From the NCBI GenBank assembly GCA_963739345.1, contig CAVUAA010000001.1:10356-74355 (forward strand): 64,000 nucleotides of DNA. The letters are read 5' to 3'. The DNA is from an uncultured Verrucomicrobiae bacterium. Its GTDB lineage: Bacteria; Chlamydiota; Chlamydiia; Chlamydiales; JAFEGQ01. The first letter of the stretch is position 1. Every line of letters starts with the position of its first letter. A program made the position numbers and the translations under genes. Below, in pieces: positions 37,365 to 46,201 of the stretch. The notes below the pieces were generated by a model. It ran no database searches. It was given only the letters and a program-made list of their open reading frames with translations, and had not been told where the DNA came from.

Positions 37365-37783
37365 TGGTGGAGGTGGGGAGGATCGAACTCCCGTCCTAGG
37401 TAAGGTCAGTCAAAGACCTCTACATGCATAGTGTCTCGATAATAGTTGGCAACGTCGTGAGACACACCGCTGAAACCAACTTGCCCCATTTAAGCTCGGA
37501 CCCATCCCCTAGGAGCGGCGGAGATCAAGCCCATACCAAGTAAATAACGATCGTCCAAAGACCCCTGGTCCAATCCCTGGCGATCGAGGTACCTAAGGGT
37601 TTAGCTTAGGCAGCCATTGCCCACTCAGCTTCAGCCTCAGCGCGAGCGCCTCGGAAATCTACTGCGTGGATTTTGTTAGTCGTTTTAGCAACTAAACGGT
37701 TTTGTCGGTTTTTTTAGGAGGCCCACCGACGTCCTCCGCATGCCATCAGTGCATCACTTCCCAGTCGAAGCCATTACACCCCC
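37365..37783 (-). ncRNA. ssrA: tmRNA (SsrA)
   Basis: 5' GGGGGTGTAATGGCTTCGACTGGG..GCATGCGGAGGACGTCGGTGGGCCTCCTAAAAAAACCGACAAAA. 3' GGACGGGAGTTCGATCCTCCCCACCTCCACCA. Tag ORF from GCT at 37689. Confidence 0.85.
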
Positions 37784-37918
37784 AATTTTGTGTTGACCCT
37801 CAACATGCGACTCCGGCGCATCGCTTGCGCAGGCGCGGCGCGCCGCATCCGGATTCCCATGTTGAGAATCAACACTAGAAGCCTCTAGCTTCCTACGTAG
37901 AGTGTAACATAGACTGGA

Positions 37919-38623
37919 TTAGCTCTGCAAGACGGCCTTGATGTGGGCGCAGTTCTTCTCACCACAAGTACAGCCAATTGGCTCGCCAAGATAGACGGAA
38001 TACTTCTCTGTGCCATCTAGGGGATTGGTGACGGTAAAGAGGTTGTCGTCGGTCTGGGTGATGTCCCACTCACGGAAAGAAAGGTCTTCTGGCGAGACCT
38101 CTTCGTCGGTGACAAGCTCTTCATCTTCAGTGTCTTGTACGGCGCGGGCGATCTGGCAATGGAAGCAGTTACAGTCGGCCTCGGGGACGGGAAGGGAGGC
38201 GACGTTTTCTGCGCCGAGGACAGAGGAGATGCCGGCAATTTTTTCTAAGATCTCGGAAGGGAGATCGGGAGCGTTGGCCTGCGCAGGATCGTGGTTCATG
38301 GCGGCATCAAGCCCTTCCATGCCATCTGGACCAAAACGGAGCGGGAAGCCGATCACCTGACCGCCCCCTGGAAAGGGGCTTGGGAAGGGGGTGCCAAAAG
38401 ATCCCTGAGGCAGGTCAGAGAAGTCTTGCTGTGACTCGAGGTGCTGGCTGTGTGCGGCAAATACCTCAGAGAGTTGGGGCGGTGCAAGGTTTGGCACACG
38501 CACCTCAGCTCCGTCGCGGAGGGAGATCAAAAGCTCTTCGTTCTCAAGTCGTAGGGTACTGACGTCGCCCCAGGAGACCGAAATATAGGGTGGGATGCTG
38601 AGTACTTTCTTAGAGATTTGCAT
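37919..38623 (-). CDS. Hypothetical acidic protein with C-terminal SWIM-like CxC..CxH zinc motif
   Basis: DCNCFHCQIARAV and GCTCGEKNCAHIKAVL. Confidence 0.45.
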   Translation of the reverse strand: MQISKKVLSIPPYISVSWGDVSTLRLENEELLISLRDGAEVRVPNLAPPQLSEVFAAHSQHLESQQDFSDLPQGSFGTPFPSPFPGGGQVIGFPLRFGPDGMEGLDAAMNHDPAQANAPDLPSEILEKIAGISSVLGAENVASLPVPEADCNCFHCQIARAVQDTEDEELVTDEEVSPEDLSFREWDITQTDDNLFTVTNPLDGTEKYSVYLGEPIGCTCGEKNCAHIKAVLQS

Positions 38624-38815
38624 GTCGTGTCCCCCTCAAGCGAAACATTAATTTGACCCTAGCATATCTGATTAGAGAGTTCCAAGCAAGCGTTTTTAGC
38701 AGTCTAGGACGAGGAATGCTGAATATGCGCATATGCGATTGAACAAGAAGTGGTTACGGAATATTCTTGATTAGGTGGAGGCGCCAGACTAAGGTTGGAA
38801 AAAATTGGAGGGCCT

Positions 38816-40132
38816 ATGACTGACAAGAAAGTTTTTGTGATCGACACCAACGTTTTCCTGCATGACCCAGAGGCAGCACGCAAGTTTGAGGGGCATGATA
38901 TTGTGGTGCCTGTGACGGTTCTCGAGGAGCTCGACACGATGAAACGGTTCCGGGATGAGCTGGGCCGGAACGCTCGTGCTACGATCCGCTTCTTTGATTC
39001 CCTCCGCGTCCTCAACACAGGCAATTTGCACTCTGGAGTGAGGACGGAGTCGGGTTCGACGATTCGCATTCAGCTGGAGGTGAAGGGGGCGGCGGCAACG
39101 CTCGGTCTCGATCCGAAGATCGCCGATAACCGGATCATCATCGCCGCCCTCATCGTGAAGCAGCAGAACGATCAAGTGGTGTTTGTCTCGAAGGATTTTG
39201 GAGCGCGGGTGAAGGCGGAGGCGGTTGGCCTCGAGGCGCAAGACTATGAAGAGTTGAAGGTCGAGTTCGATACGATGTATCGGGGGTTGCGCCATGTGGA
39301 GGCAACCAAGCATGAGATCGATCTATTCTTTAAGGATGGGGGGATCACGCTCGAGGCGATCGGGGAGGAGAATTGTCGCCCCAATGAGTATGTGCTGATT
39401 CACGGGCCGGAGCGGTCGTCGGCGGTGGGCAAATATAATGCGAAGACGGAAAGGGTGGAGTCGCTGATTCAGCTCTCTCGTGATATTTGGGGCATTCAGC
39501 CGCTCAATGTGGAGCAGCGGTGTGCGATTGATCTTCTTTTACGCGACGATGTCAACCTTGTCTCGTTGATGGGCCCCGCCGGCACAGGAAAGACCCTCAT
39601 GGCGTTGGCTAGTGGGCTGCGGAAGGTATTCGATGAGAATGTCTATTCACGCATCTTAGTCAGCCGTCCAATCATGCCGCTTGGCAAGGACATTGGCTAC
39701 CTTCCGGGGACGAAGGAGGAGAAGCTCTCCCACTGGATGCAGCCAATTTCAGATAACCTCGAATATCTGTGTGAGTCTAATGGGACAGAGCCGACCGATA
39801 CGTTGCGTTGGGTGATGGATAGCAACAAGATTGAGATGGAGGCGGTCACCTACATCCGGGGCCGTTCCCTTCCAAAGTGCTACATGATCATTGACGAGGC
39901 GCAAAATCTCACTCCTCACGAAATTAAGACGATCATTTCACGAGCGGGAAAGGGGACTAAGGTGGTTCTCACAGGCGACCCCACCCAGATTGACAACCCC
40001 TACTTGGATAAAGATTCGAACGGCCTCACCTTCACGATCAATCGTTTTCAGGATTACAGCCTCTTTGGACACATGTTCCTCGAGAAAACTGAACGGAGTG
40101 ACTTGGCTGCCCTGGCTGCTGAGATAATGTGA
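38816..40132 (+). CDS. PIN-domain/PhoH-family ATPase (PhoH2/YlaK-like); alternative start 38795
   Basis: VFVIDTNVFLHDPEAARKFEGHDIVVPVTVLEELD (PIN), LMGPAGTGKTLMALA (Walker A), MIIDEAQNLTPHEIKTIISRAGKGTKVVLTGDPTQID. Confidence 0.85.
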   Translation: MTDKKVFVIDTNVFLHDPEAARKFEGHDIVVPVTVLEELDTMKRFRDELGRNARATIRFFDSLRVLNTGNLHSGVRTESGSTIRIQLEVKGAAATLGLDPKIADNRIIIAALIVKQQNDQVVFVSKDFGARVKAEAVGLEAQDYEELKVEFDTMYRGLRHVEATKHEIDLFFKDGGITLEAIGEENCRPNEYVLIHGPERSSAVGKYNAKTERVESLIQLSRDIWGIQPLNVEQRCAIDLLLRDDVNLVSLMGPAGTGKTLMALASGLRKVFDENVYSRILVSRPIMPLGKDIGYLPGTKEEKLSHWMQPISDNLEYLCESNGTEPTDTLRWVMDSNKIEMEAVTYIRGRSLPKCYMIIDEAQNLTPHEIKTIISRAGKGTKVVLTGDPTQIDNPYLDKDSNGLTFTINRFQDYSLFGHMFLEKTERSDLAALAAEIM

Positions 40133-40204
40133 TTCGGGCTTGGCCCAAAATGGTGGCGGCGGGTAAGATCTGGGGAAAGTTGTCCACTCGAAGGAGTTCC
40201 TGCA

Positions 40205-41530
40205 ATGAGACGTTTAGTTGTCGCACTTTCACTGTTAGCTGTCCCCGTATTCGCCGATGGTTCGCCTGAAGAGGAGATCGTTGAGGCGGCACCTACTGTG
40301 TCGCACAAAGAGGGGAGGTTCCAGCCTTTCACCGGACGAGTGAAGGGAGCAAGGGTGCGGATGCGTACACAGCCCGATCTTGAAGGACACATTGTTCGTG
40401 AACTTGGCAAAGACGATCTGCTGGTTGTAGTGGGTGAGGCGCACGACTATTTTGCGGTGCAGCCTCCTCAGGATATGAAAGCGTATGTCTATCGCACCTA
40501 TGTGTTGGATGGCGAGGTGCAAGGAAGTCATGTGAATGTGCGGCTTGCACCCGACGTTGAAGCGCCGATCATCGGTCAGCTCAATACGGGTGACAGGGTA
40601 CTGGGCGAAGTGGTGATGGAGAGCAACCGATGGTTACAAGTTGCACCTCCGGAGGGAGCGTGCTTCTTTGTTGCTAAGGAGTTTTTACTAGAAGCTGGCG
40701 GCCCCGACATGATTGCCTCCCATCAGCGGAGATCTAAAGAGGTGGGCCATTTGCTCAACTCTGCTTATCTGACGAGTCAGGCGGAGCTGCGCAAGCCGTT
40801 CCAAGAGATCGATATGGAAAAGGTGACTGCCGGTTTTAACCGAGTGGTTTCTGAGTATAGCGAGTTTGAAGACTATGTAGCGAAGGCGGAGAAGGTGAGT
40901 GGACTGGCTCAAGAGCTCTACCTGCAGAAGAAGATTGCCTTCTTGGAGGCGCATGCCGACGAGTCGACCGTCTCTTGGGATGGGCGGGGCACTGCGTTGA
41001 CCGCTGATCTTGAAGAGTATCACCGACGGTTGAAGGGGTTTGAAGAGGAGCTTGAGCTCGAGGCGCTTGTCGCCGCGGAGCCCACCATTGAGGTGATTGA
41101 GGCGACAGAGCTCAACTATACTTTTGAAGAGGCTGATGTGCTGACGACAGCCATCCCAGACCTCGGCCAGCCAAAGCTACTCGAGCAGCCGGCTGACCTG
41201 CCGGCTAAGATGGCCCTCTGGGCCCCCGTCGAAGAGTCGCTCTACCACCTGTGGGCGATGGAAAATGGTGAGCGCTCCATGCCTGAGTTCTACGCCGAGC
41301 AGGAGATTCGGTCCAAGGTGCTTGAGGGGATTGTGGAGGCGTATGGCCGCCCGGTCCAAAACCGTCCTGGCGACTTCATGCTTCGCGTGAACAACCGCCC
41401 TGTGGCGTTCCTCTACAGCACCAAGGTGGACTTGGCTAGCCTAGTCGGTGAGAAGGTGAAGGTGAAGGCGGTCGAACGCCCTAACAACAACTTTGCCTTC
41501 CCTGCCTACTATGTAGTGTCAATAGGCTAG
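40205..41530 (+). CDS. Secreted protein with two bacterial SH3-like domains
   Basis: Signal MRRLVVALSLLAVPVFA. GARVRMRTQPDLEGHIVRELGKDDLLVVVGEAHDYFAV and SHVNVRLAPDVEAPIIGQLNTGDRVLGEVVMESNRWLQV. Confidence 0.55.
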   Translation: MRRLVVALSLLAVPVFADGSPEEEIVEAAPTVSHKEGRFQPFTGRVKGARVRMRTQPDLEGHIVRELGKDDLLVVVGEAHDYFAVQPPQDMKAYVYRTYVLDGEVQGSHVNVRLAPDVEAPIIGQLNTGDRVLGEVVMESNRWLQVAPPEGACFFVAKEFLLEAGGPDMIASHQRRSKEVGHLLNSAYLTSQAELRKPFQEIDMEKVTAGFNRVVSEYSEFEDYVAKAEKVSGLAQELYLQKKIAFLEAHADESTVSWDGRGTALTADLEEYHRRLKGFEEELELEALVAAEPTIEVIEATELNYTFEEADVLTTAIPDLGQPKLLEQPADLPAKMALWAPVEESLYHLWAMENGERSMPEFYAEQEIRSKVLEGIVEAYGRPVQNRPGDFMLRVNNRPVAFLYSTKVDLASLVGEKVKVKAVERPNNNFAFPAYYVVSIG

Positions 41531-41552
41531 GTCTTACCGATCCCAACCTTCC

Positions 41553-41611
41553 AAGGCCAGCACCCGCGTGCTGGCCTTTTTCTATTCAACCCGCTGCTAT
41601 TCAGCGGGTTG
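41553..41611 (+). terminator. Two consecutive hairpin terminators
   Basis: aaggccagcacccgcgtgctggcctt+tttt, then caacccgctgctattcagcgggttg+atctattttt. Confidence 0.65.
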
Positions 41612-41704
41612 ATCTATTTTTATATCTAAACACGATTAGACACCAATATTAATATTATACGCTATAAATAAGTTATAGTTTATTCAGACAGGAGAATTGT
41701 TAAT

Positions 41705-42103
41705 ATGGTCGAAAATACTAATAGACTCGGAAATTCCACGGTTAAACTTAACGTGAGGAGGGACGCTCCGCCGAAGCCGAATCCGGTCCGCAAGCTTTCC
41801 AATATCACCAGTCGCTTTCTGAACTTGGCTAAGCAGAAGGGTATGATTCTCAACCGAGCCTATAGCGGTCGTCTCCTTGAAGTGGACAGCTACCTATTAC
41901 ACAAGATTGATGCGGCGCGCCACTTGAAGTTACCCCGCGATCTGCATGGCCTGGCCAAGCAGACGTTTCTGAAGGGCACCGGAAAGCAGTTGTGGAGCCT
42001 GATCAAGTCTTCTAAGAATCTTACTGAAGCGCTCGCGGCACGGCAGAAAGGCGATGCGAATCTCATCGCCGATATCCTAACCATGATTCATCAAAATAGC
42101 TAA
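41705..42103 (+). CDS. Hypothetical basic 132-aa protein behind an AT-rich leader
   Basis: ORF with RBS caggagaa upstream. No family recognised. Confidence 0.4.
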   Translation: MVENTNRLGNSTVKLNVRRDAPPKPNPVRKLSNITSRFLNLAKQKGMILNRAYSGRLLEVDSYLLHKIDAARHLKLPRDLHGLAKQTFLKGTGKQLWSLIKSSKNLTEALAARQKGDANLIADILTMIHQNS

Positions 42104-42125
42104 AGCCCGCCGACCTCAATCTTCT

Positions 42126-42154
42126 AAGGCCAGCACGCAGGTGCTGGCCTTTTG
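42126..42154. terminator. Hairpin terminator between convergent genes, near-duplicate of 41553..41581
   Basis: aaggccagcacgcaggtgctggcctt+ttg. Confidence 0.6.
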
Positions 42155-42198
42155 ACAAGCTGACGGCAACTGGATCTTAGCGGCCGGGAGAGGCGTGT

Positions 42199-43245
42199 CT
42201 ATAGCCATCTTCGACGGCGGAACCAGTAGAGCATGCCAAGGCCAATGCAGATCATGAAGCCGATGACGGCGGGGTAGCCGTAGCGCCATTCAAGCTCGGG
42301 CATGTGGACGAAGTTCATCCCATAGATACCGGTGATGAGGGTGAGGGGGATAAAGATGGAGGCGATCATGGTAAGGGTCTTCATGATCTGATTCATGTGG
42401 TGGCTCATGGTGGAGAGGTAGAGGTCGAGGATCCCCTTGGTCATGTCGCGGTAGACGTCCAGAAGTTCTGCCACCTGAAAGATGTTGTCCTGTAGATCTT
42501 TGAGATAGACTTTGATCCCTGCGTCAAAGAGGGGAGATTCGAGTTGGGATAGGGTGGCAATCACCTCGCGGAGGGGCCAGACCGACTTGCGGAGGACAAT
42601 GATCTCCTGACGGAGTCGGTGGACTTCGTGGGTGGTTTTGCTCTCTGGGCGGTCGGGCAGCTCGGTCTCTATGGTTTCAATCTGGTCCTCCATCCTCTCA
42701 AGAGAGAGAAAGTAGCCGTCAACGATGGTGTCGAGGAGGACGTAGGCGAGGTAGTCGCTGCCGAGGCGGCGAATCCGATTCCGTTCATGGTGCATTCGAG
42801 TGAGGATGGGGGAGCGGGGGCTTCGGATCCGTTCACGGATGGAGACGACGGTGGTGGGGAGGAGGAGGATGGAGACCTGTTCGAGCTGCCCCATCTCTCC
42901 AGGAGTGGGACTTTGAAGGACGATGTACATGTAGTGCTCGAACTCTTCAACCTTTGGCCGTTGATCGCCGTTGACGATATCCTCAAGGGTGAGAGCGTGA
43001 ATGCCGAACATTTCGCCAAGACGTTGGATTGCAGCAACCGGTTGGCCGCAGACGTCGATCCAGGTGGGGGTGGGATCGTCTGTGAGAGGGAGGAGCTCCT
43101 CAACACTCTCCACCGTGCGTTGATCCACTCGGTCTGCAAGATATTCGTAGACGGTGAAGGTGGGTTCGGCCATCGCCGTTGGGGCCGGAGCCTCACTGCC
43201 TCGTCGAATTAGCTTTTGTCTCAGAAGGCGCCGCATGGTTTTCAC
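42199..43245 (-). CDS. corA: CorA magnesium/cobalt transporter
   Basis: C-terminal ITGIYGMNFVHMPELEWRYGYP (GMN motif) with two TM helices. Confidence 0.9.
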   Translation of the reverse strand: MKTMRRLLRQKLIRRGSEAPAPTAMAEPTFTVYEYLADRVDQRTVESVEELLPLTDDPTPTWIDVCGQPVAAIQRLGEMFGIHALTLEDIVNGDQRPKVEEFEHYMYIVLQSPTPGEMGQLEQVSILLLPTTVVSIRERIRSPRSPILTRMHHERNRIRRLGSDYLAYVLLDTIVDGYFLSLERMEDQIETIETELPDRPESKTTHEVHRLRQEIIVLRKSVWPLREVIATLSQLESPLFDAGIKVYLKDLQDNIFQVAELLDVYRDMTKGILDLYLSTMSHHMNQIMKTLTMIASIFIPLTLITGIYGMNFVHMPELEWRYGYPAVIGFMICIGLGMLYWFRRRRWL

Positions 43246-44435
43246 TATACCTCTGCAGCGGCTTCCGTGTCGAGCTCAGGAGCTTGGAGAGGGCGAGGGG
43301 TTTGATCGACAGTGGGGAGGACGTCGAGGGTAGAGGAGCCACGGTCGAGGTGTTGGAACTCGCGCGCCTTGGGGAGGACCCGCCGCTCTAGGGAGCCGAC
43401 GGCCTCGTTATACGCCTTGTTTGCGCTCTCGAGAGATTTACCGACGCGGGCGAAGTGGGTGCCGACGGAGCAGAGTCGTTTGTAGAGCTCGCGACCCATC
43501 TCAGAAATGCGGTGGGCGTCTCGAGAGATAGCCTCCTGCTTCCAGCCGTGGAAAACGGCGCGGAGGATGGCGATGAGGGTGGTGGGGGTGGCGATGATGA
43601 CCCCTTGCTCGGCCCCCGCCTCGATGAGGGTGGGGTCTTGGGATAGGGCGGCGGAGAAGAAGATCTCGCCGGGGAGGAATAGAATAACGAATTCGGGCGT
43701 TTCCTCGAAGTGGTCGGTGTAGGCGCGAGAGGCCAGAGCGCGGACATGCAGGCGGATTTGGTTGGCGTGCTTGCGGAGGAGTTCTGTACGCACCTCTTCG
43801 TCGTCGGTGTCAGATGCCTCGAGATAGGCATCAAGAGGCACCTTGGCGTCGACGATGATTTGCCGGCCAGCAGGGAGGCGAACGATCATGTCGGGTCGCT
43901 TTCGACCGCCGTCGGCAGTCTGCTGTTCGAAGAAGTCGCAGTGGTTGAGCATGCCGGCCAGCTCGACCACTCGTCGAAGCTGGATCTCTCCCCACCGGCC
44001 TCGCACGGTGGTTGACTTGAGGGCAGAGGAGAGCTTGGTGGTTTCCTTTTGCAGCTGCTGCTGTAGGCCCATCAGGGAGGAGAGTTGTTGGCGGAGGGAG
44101 GCGTGCGATTCAGTCCGCGCCTTCTCAAGGTGAGAGATTTTGCTCTCAAACTTCTCTAGCGAGGCGTGGACAGGTTTGACCAGCTGGTCGATGCTAGCCT
44201 GCCGTCTCTCTAGATCTGCGCGGGCGCTCTCCTGAAACTTCTCGAGATTGGTTTGGGCAAGATCGAGAAAGCTCTGATTGTTTTGGGCGAGAGCTTCGGA
44301 GGAGAGGGCCCGAAACGTGTCTGTGAGTTGTTGCTTCTGCCTGTGCATCACCACCCAGGTGAGAACAACGCCAACGGACAATCCAACGAGAACGGCTACG
44401 ACTTCCATGCACATGATTATCACTGATGTTTCCAT
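43245..44435 (-). CDS. rmuC: DNA recombination protein RmuC
   Basis: N-terminal TM, coiled-coil, then RGRWGEIQLRRVVELAGMLNHCDFFEQ..RPDMIVRLPAGRQIIVDAKVPL..FVILFLPGE. Confidence 0.85.
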   Translation of the reverse strand: METSVIIMCMEVVAVLVGLSVGVVLTWVVMHRQKQQLTDTFRALSSEALAQNNQSFLDLAQTNLEKFQESARADLERRQASIDQLVKPVHASLEKFESKISHLEKARTESHASLRQQLSSLMGLQQQLQKETTKLSSALKSTTVRGRWGEIQLRRVVELAGMLNHCDFFEQQTADGGRKRPDMIVRLPAGRQIIVDAKVPLDAYLEASDTDDEEVRTELLRKHANQIRLHVRALASRAYTDHFEETPEFVILFLPGEIFFSAALSQDPTLIEAGAEQGVIIATPTTLIAILRAVFHGWKQEAISRDAHRISEMGRELYKRLCSVGTHFARVGKSLESANKAYNEAVGSLERRVLPKAREFQHLDRGSSTLDVLPTVDQTPRPLQAPELDTEAAAEV

Positions 44436-44453
44436 TGATGCAAAGTTTCATCC

Positions 44454-44484
44454 TTGACTTTCGAACATTGCTTCATGCTATCTT
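44454..44484 (+). promoter_or_regulatory. Candidate lexA promoter with an imperfect GAAC..(G/C)TTC dyad between the -35 and -10 elements
   Basis: TTGACT (44454..44459), cgaacattgcttc (44462..44474), tgcTATCTT (44476..44484). The 19-nt spacing is longer than ideal. Confidence 0.25.
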
Positions 44485-44515
44485 AACTCCGCAGCGTAAC
44501 AGTGGGAGAGCGCAC

Positions 44516-45136
44516 ATGAAAGGCATGACCAAACGTCAGAGAGAGATCGTCGACTACATCCAAGGGTACATCTCAGAACGTGGATACTCACCCAGCTATC
44601 GGGAGATCATGCGCCATTTTGGTTTCTCCTCCCTTGGTTCGGTCTACAAGCACATCAGCGTCCTGAAGCGGCGAGGCATTCTCAACGCTGAAAAGAACAG
44701 CGCTCGCTCGGTTGTCCTCGCGGCGCCCCCTGATGCCCCCACTGCGGGCAGTGTGGTTGAGCTACCTTTCCTCGGCATCATTGCAGCCGGCATTCCTATC
44801 GAGACCTTCCCTCAGGCGGGCAGCATCACCATTCCTAGCGGCATGGTTGCCAACCCTAAGAAGAGCTATGTTCTCCAGGTTCGCGGTGAGTCGATGATCG
44901 ACTACCACATCTGCGATGGCGACTTGATCATTGTGGAGGCGACCTCTCAGGCGCGCAAGGGAGAGACCGTCGTCGCCCTCATTAACAACACAGAGACCAC
45001 CCTCAAGCGCTACCATCCTGAGGGCGATTTTGTCCGTCTAGTCGCTGGCAACGCGGCGTTTAAAGACATCACCGTTCCCAAGGATGCACTGCAAGTTCAG
45101 GGTCGTTTCATCGGTCTCGTCCGCCGCGCTGCGTAA
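44516..45136 (+). CDS. lexA: LexA repressor (S24 peptidase)
   Basis: MTKRQREIVDYIQGYISERGYSPSYREIMRHFGFSSLGSVYKHISVLKRRGIL (LexA DNA-binding domain), IAAGIPIE (Ala-Gly site), VRGESMIDYHICDGDLIIV, TLKRY (Ser/Lys dyad). Confidence 0.85.
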   Translation: MKGMTKRQREIVDYIQGYISERGYSPSYREIMRHFGFSSLGSVYKHISVLKRRGILNAEKNSARSVVLAAPPDAPTAGSVVELPFLGIIAAGIPIETFPQAGSITIPSGMVANPKKSYVLQVRGESMIDYHICDGDLIIVEATSQARKGETVVALINNTETTLKRYHPEGDFVRLVAGNAAFKDITVPKDALQVQGRFIGLVRRAA

Positions 45137-45139
45137 ACG

Positions 45140-46201
45140 ATGGAACTCTGCGGCGCCCGTCGCCGGGTGATCCGGACGGCCGAGCCGGTCGGACGCGGTC
45201 GACTCTCACGTCGGGGACGTGAGCTCGTCGATTTCTCAAGCAACGACTATCTAGGATTGGCCGGCGATTCTCGCCTAGCGGCCGCGAGCTGTGAGGCGAT
45301 TGAGCGGTGGGGCGTCGGCGCCCGCGCCTCCCGGCTAATCAGTGGTTCTCATCCGCTCTATGAAAAGGTCGAGGAACGGCTGGCAGAGTTACTTGGAGCG
45401 GAACGGGTTCTGATTTTTAACAGCGGTTTTCAGGCCAACTGCACTGTCCTTCCTGTGCTGGTTGAAAAGGGCGGGGTGCTCCTGCTCGACAGAGCCGTTC
45501 ACAGGAGTTTAGTGGAAGGAGCTCGTTCGAGCGGTGCGCGGTTGTTCCGCTTCCGAGACGAGGCGCATCTTGAGAGGCTTCTCGAACAGCACCGGGGGGC
45601 CAAACTGTGGGTAGTCACTGAGTCGATTTTTAGCACCGACGGACGGCGACCAGATTTGGCCGCACTTCGTCGACTGGCCGATCGGGCGGGGGCCCGTCTG
45701 CTGGTCGACGAGGCACACGCGTTTGGGATGACTGGCGAGCAGGGACTGGGCCTTTGCCGGGACGCCGATGTGACTGTGGGGACCTTTGGCAAAGCGGTCG
45801 GTGTTTTCGGCGCCTTTGTGGCTACCTCTGCGGAGCTTGCCGACCGTCTGGTCAATCACTGTGCGGGCTTGATCTACTCGACCGCACTGCCGCCGGCAGT
45901 GTTGGGCGCGGTCGACCGGGCGCTCGAACTCATCCCGGAGATGGAGGCGGAGCGGCAGGCCGTCCGTGCTCTGGCCTCCGTTTTGGGAGCCAACTCCCAC
46001 ATCATCCCCATTGAAATAGGAACTGATGCCGACGCGCTTGCTGCAGGAGAGCAGCTGGAGAGGGAGGGGTTTGCGGTGGGTGTGCTGCGCCCCCCAACCG
46101 TTCCAGGAGGGCGTGCGTCATTGAGAATCACCTTGTCGGCCCTACATCACCTCGACGATGTGGAGCGGCTAAGAGAGAGAATTGAGCGGTGGTCGAACTA
46201 A
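45140..46201 (+). CDS. bioF: 8-amino-7-oxononanoate synthase
   Basis: VDFSSNDYLGLAGD..RLISGSHPLYEKVEERLAELLGAERVLIFNSGFQAN..LLVDEAHAFG..TFGKAVG. Starts 4 nt after the lexA stop. Confidence 0.85.
   Translation: MELCGARRRVIRTAEPVGRGRLSRRGRELVDFSSNDYLGLAGDSRLAAASCEAIERWGVGARASRLISGSHPLYEKVEERLAELLGAERVLIFNSGFQANCTVLPVLVEKGGVLLLDRAVHRSLVEGARSSGARLFRFRDEAHLERLLEQHRGAKLWVVTESIFSTDGRRPDLAALRRLADRAGARLLVDEAHAFGMTGEQGLGLCRDADVTVGTFGKAVGVFGAFVATSAELADRLVNHCAGLIYSTALPPAVLGAVDRALELIPEMEAERQAVRALASVLGANSHIIPIEIGTDADALAAGEQLEREGFAVGVLRPPTVPGGRASLRITLSALHHLDDVERLRERIERWSN

Noticed and set aside
37287-37783. A genomic island integrated at the tmRNA 3' end
   Set aside because: The tmRNA is followed immediately by its own terminator and by the terminator of a convergent ordinary gene. 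There is no integrase and no duplicated tmRNA 3' segment.
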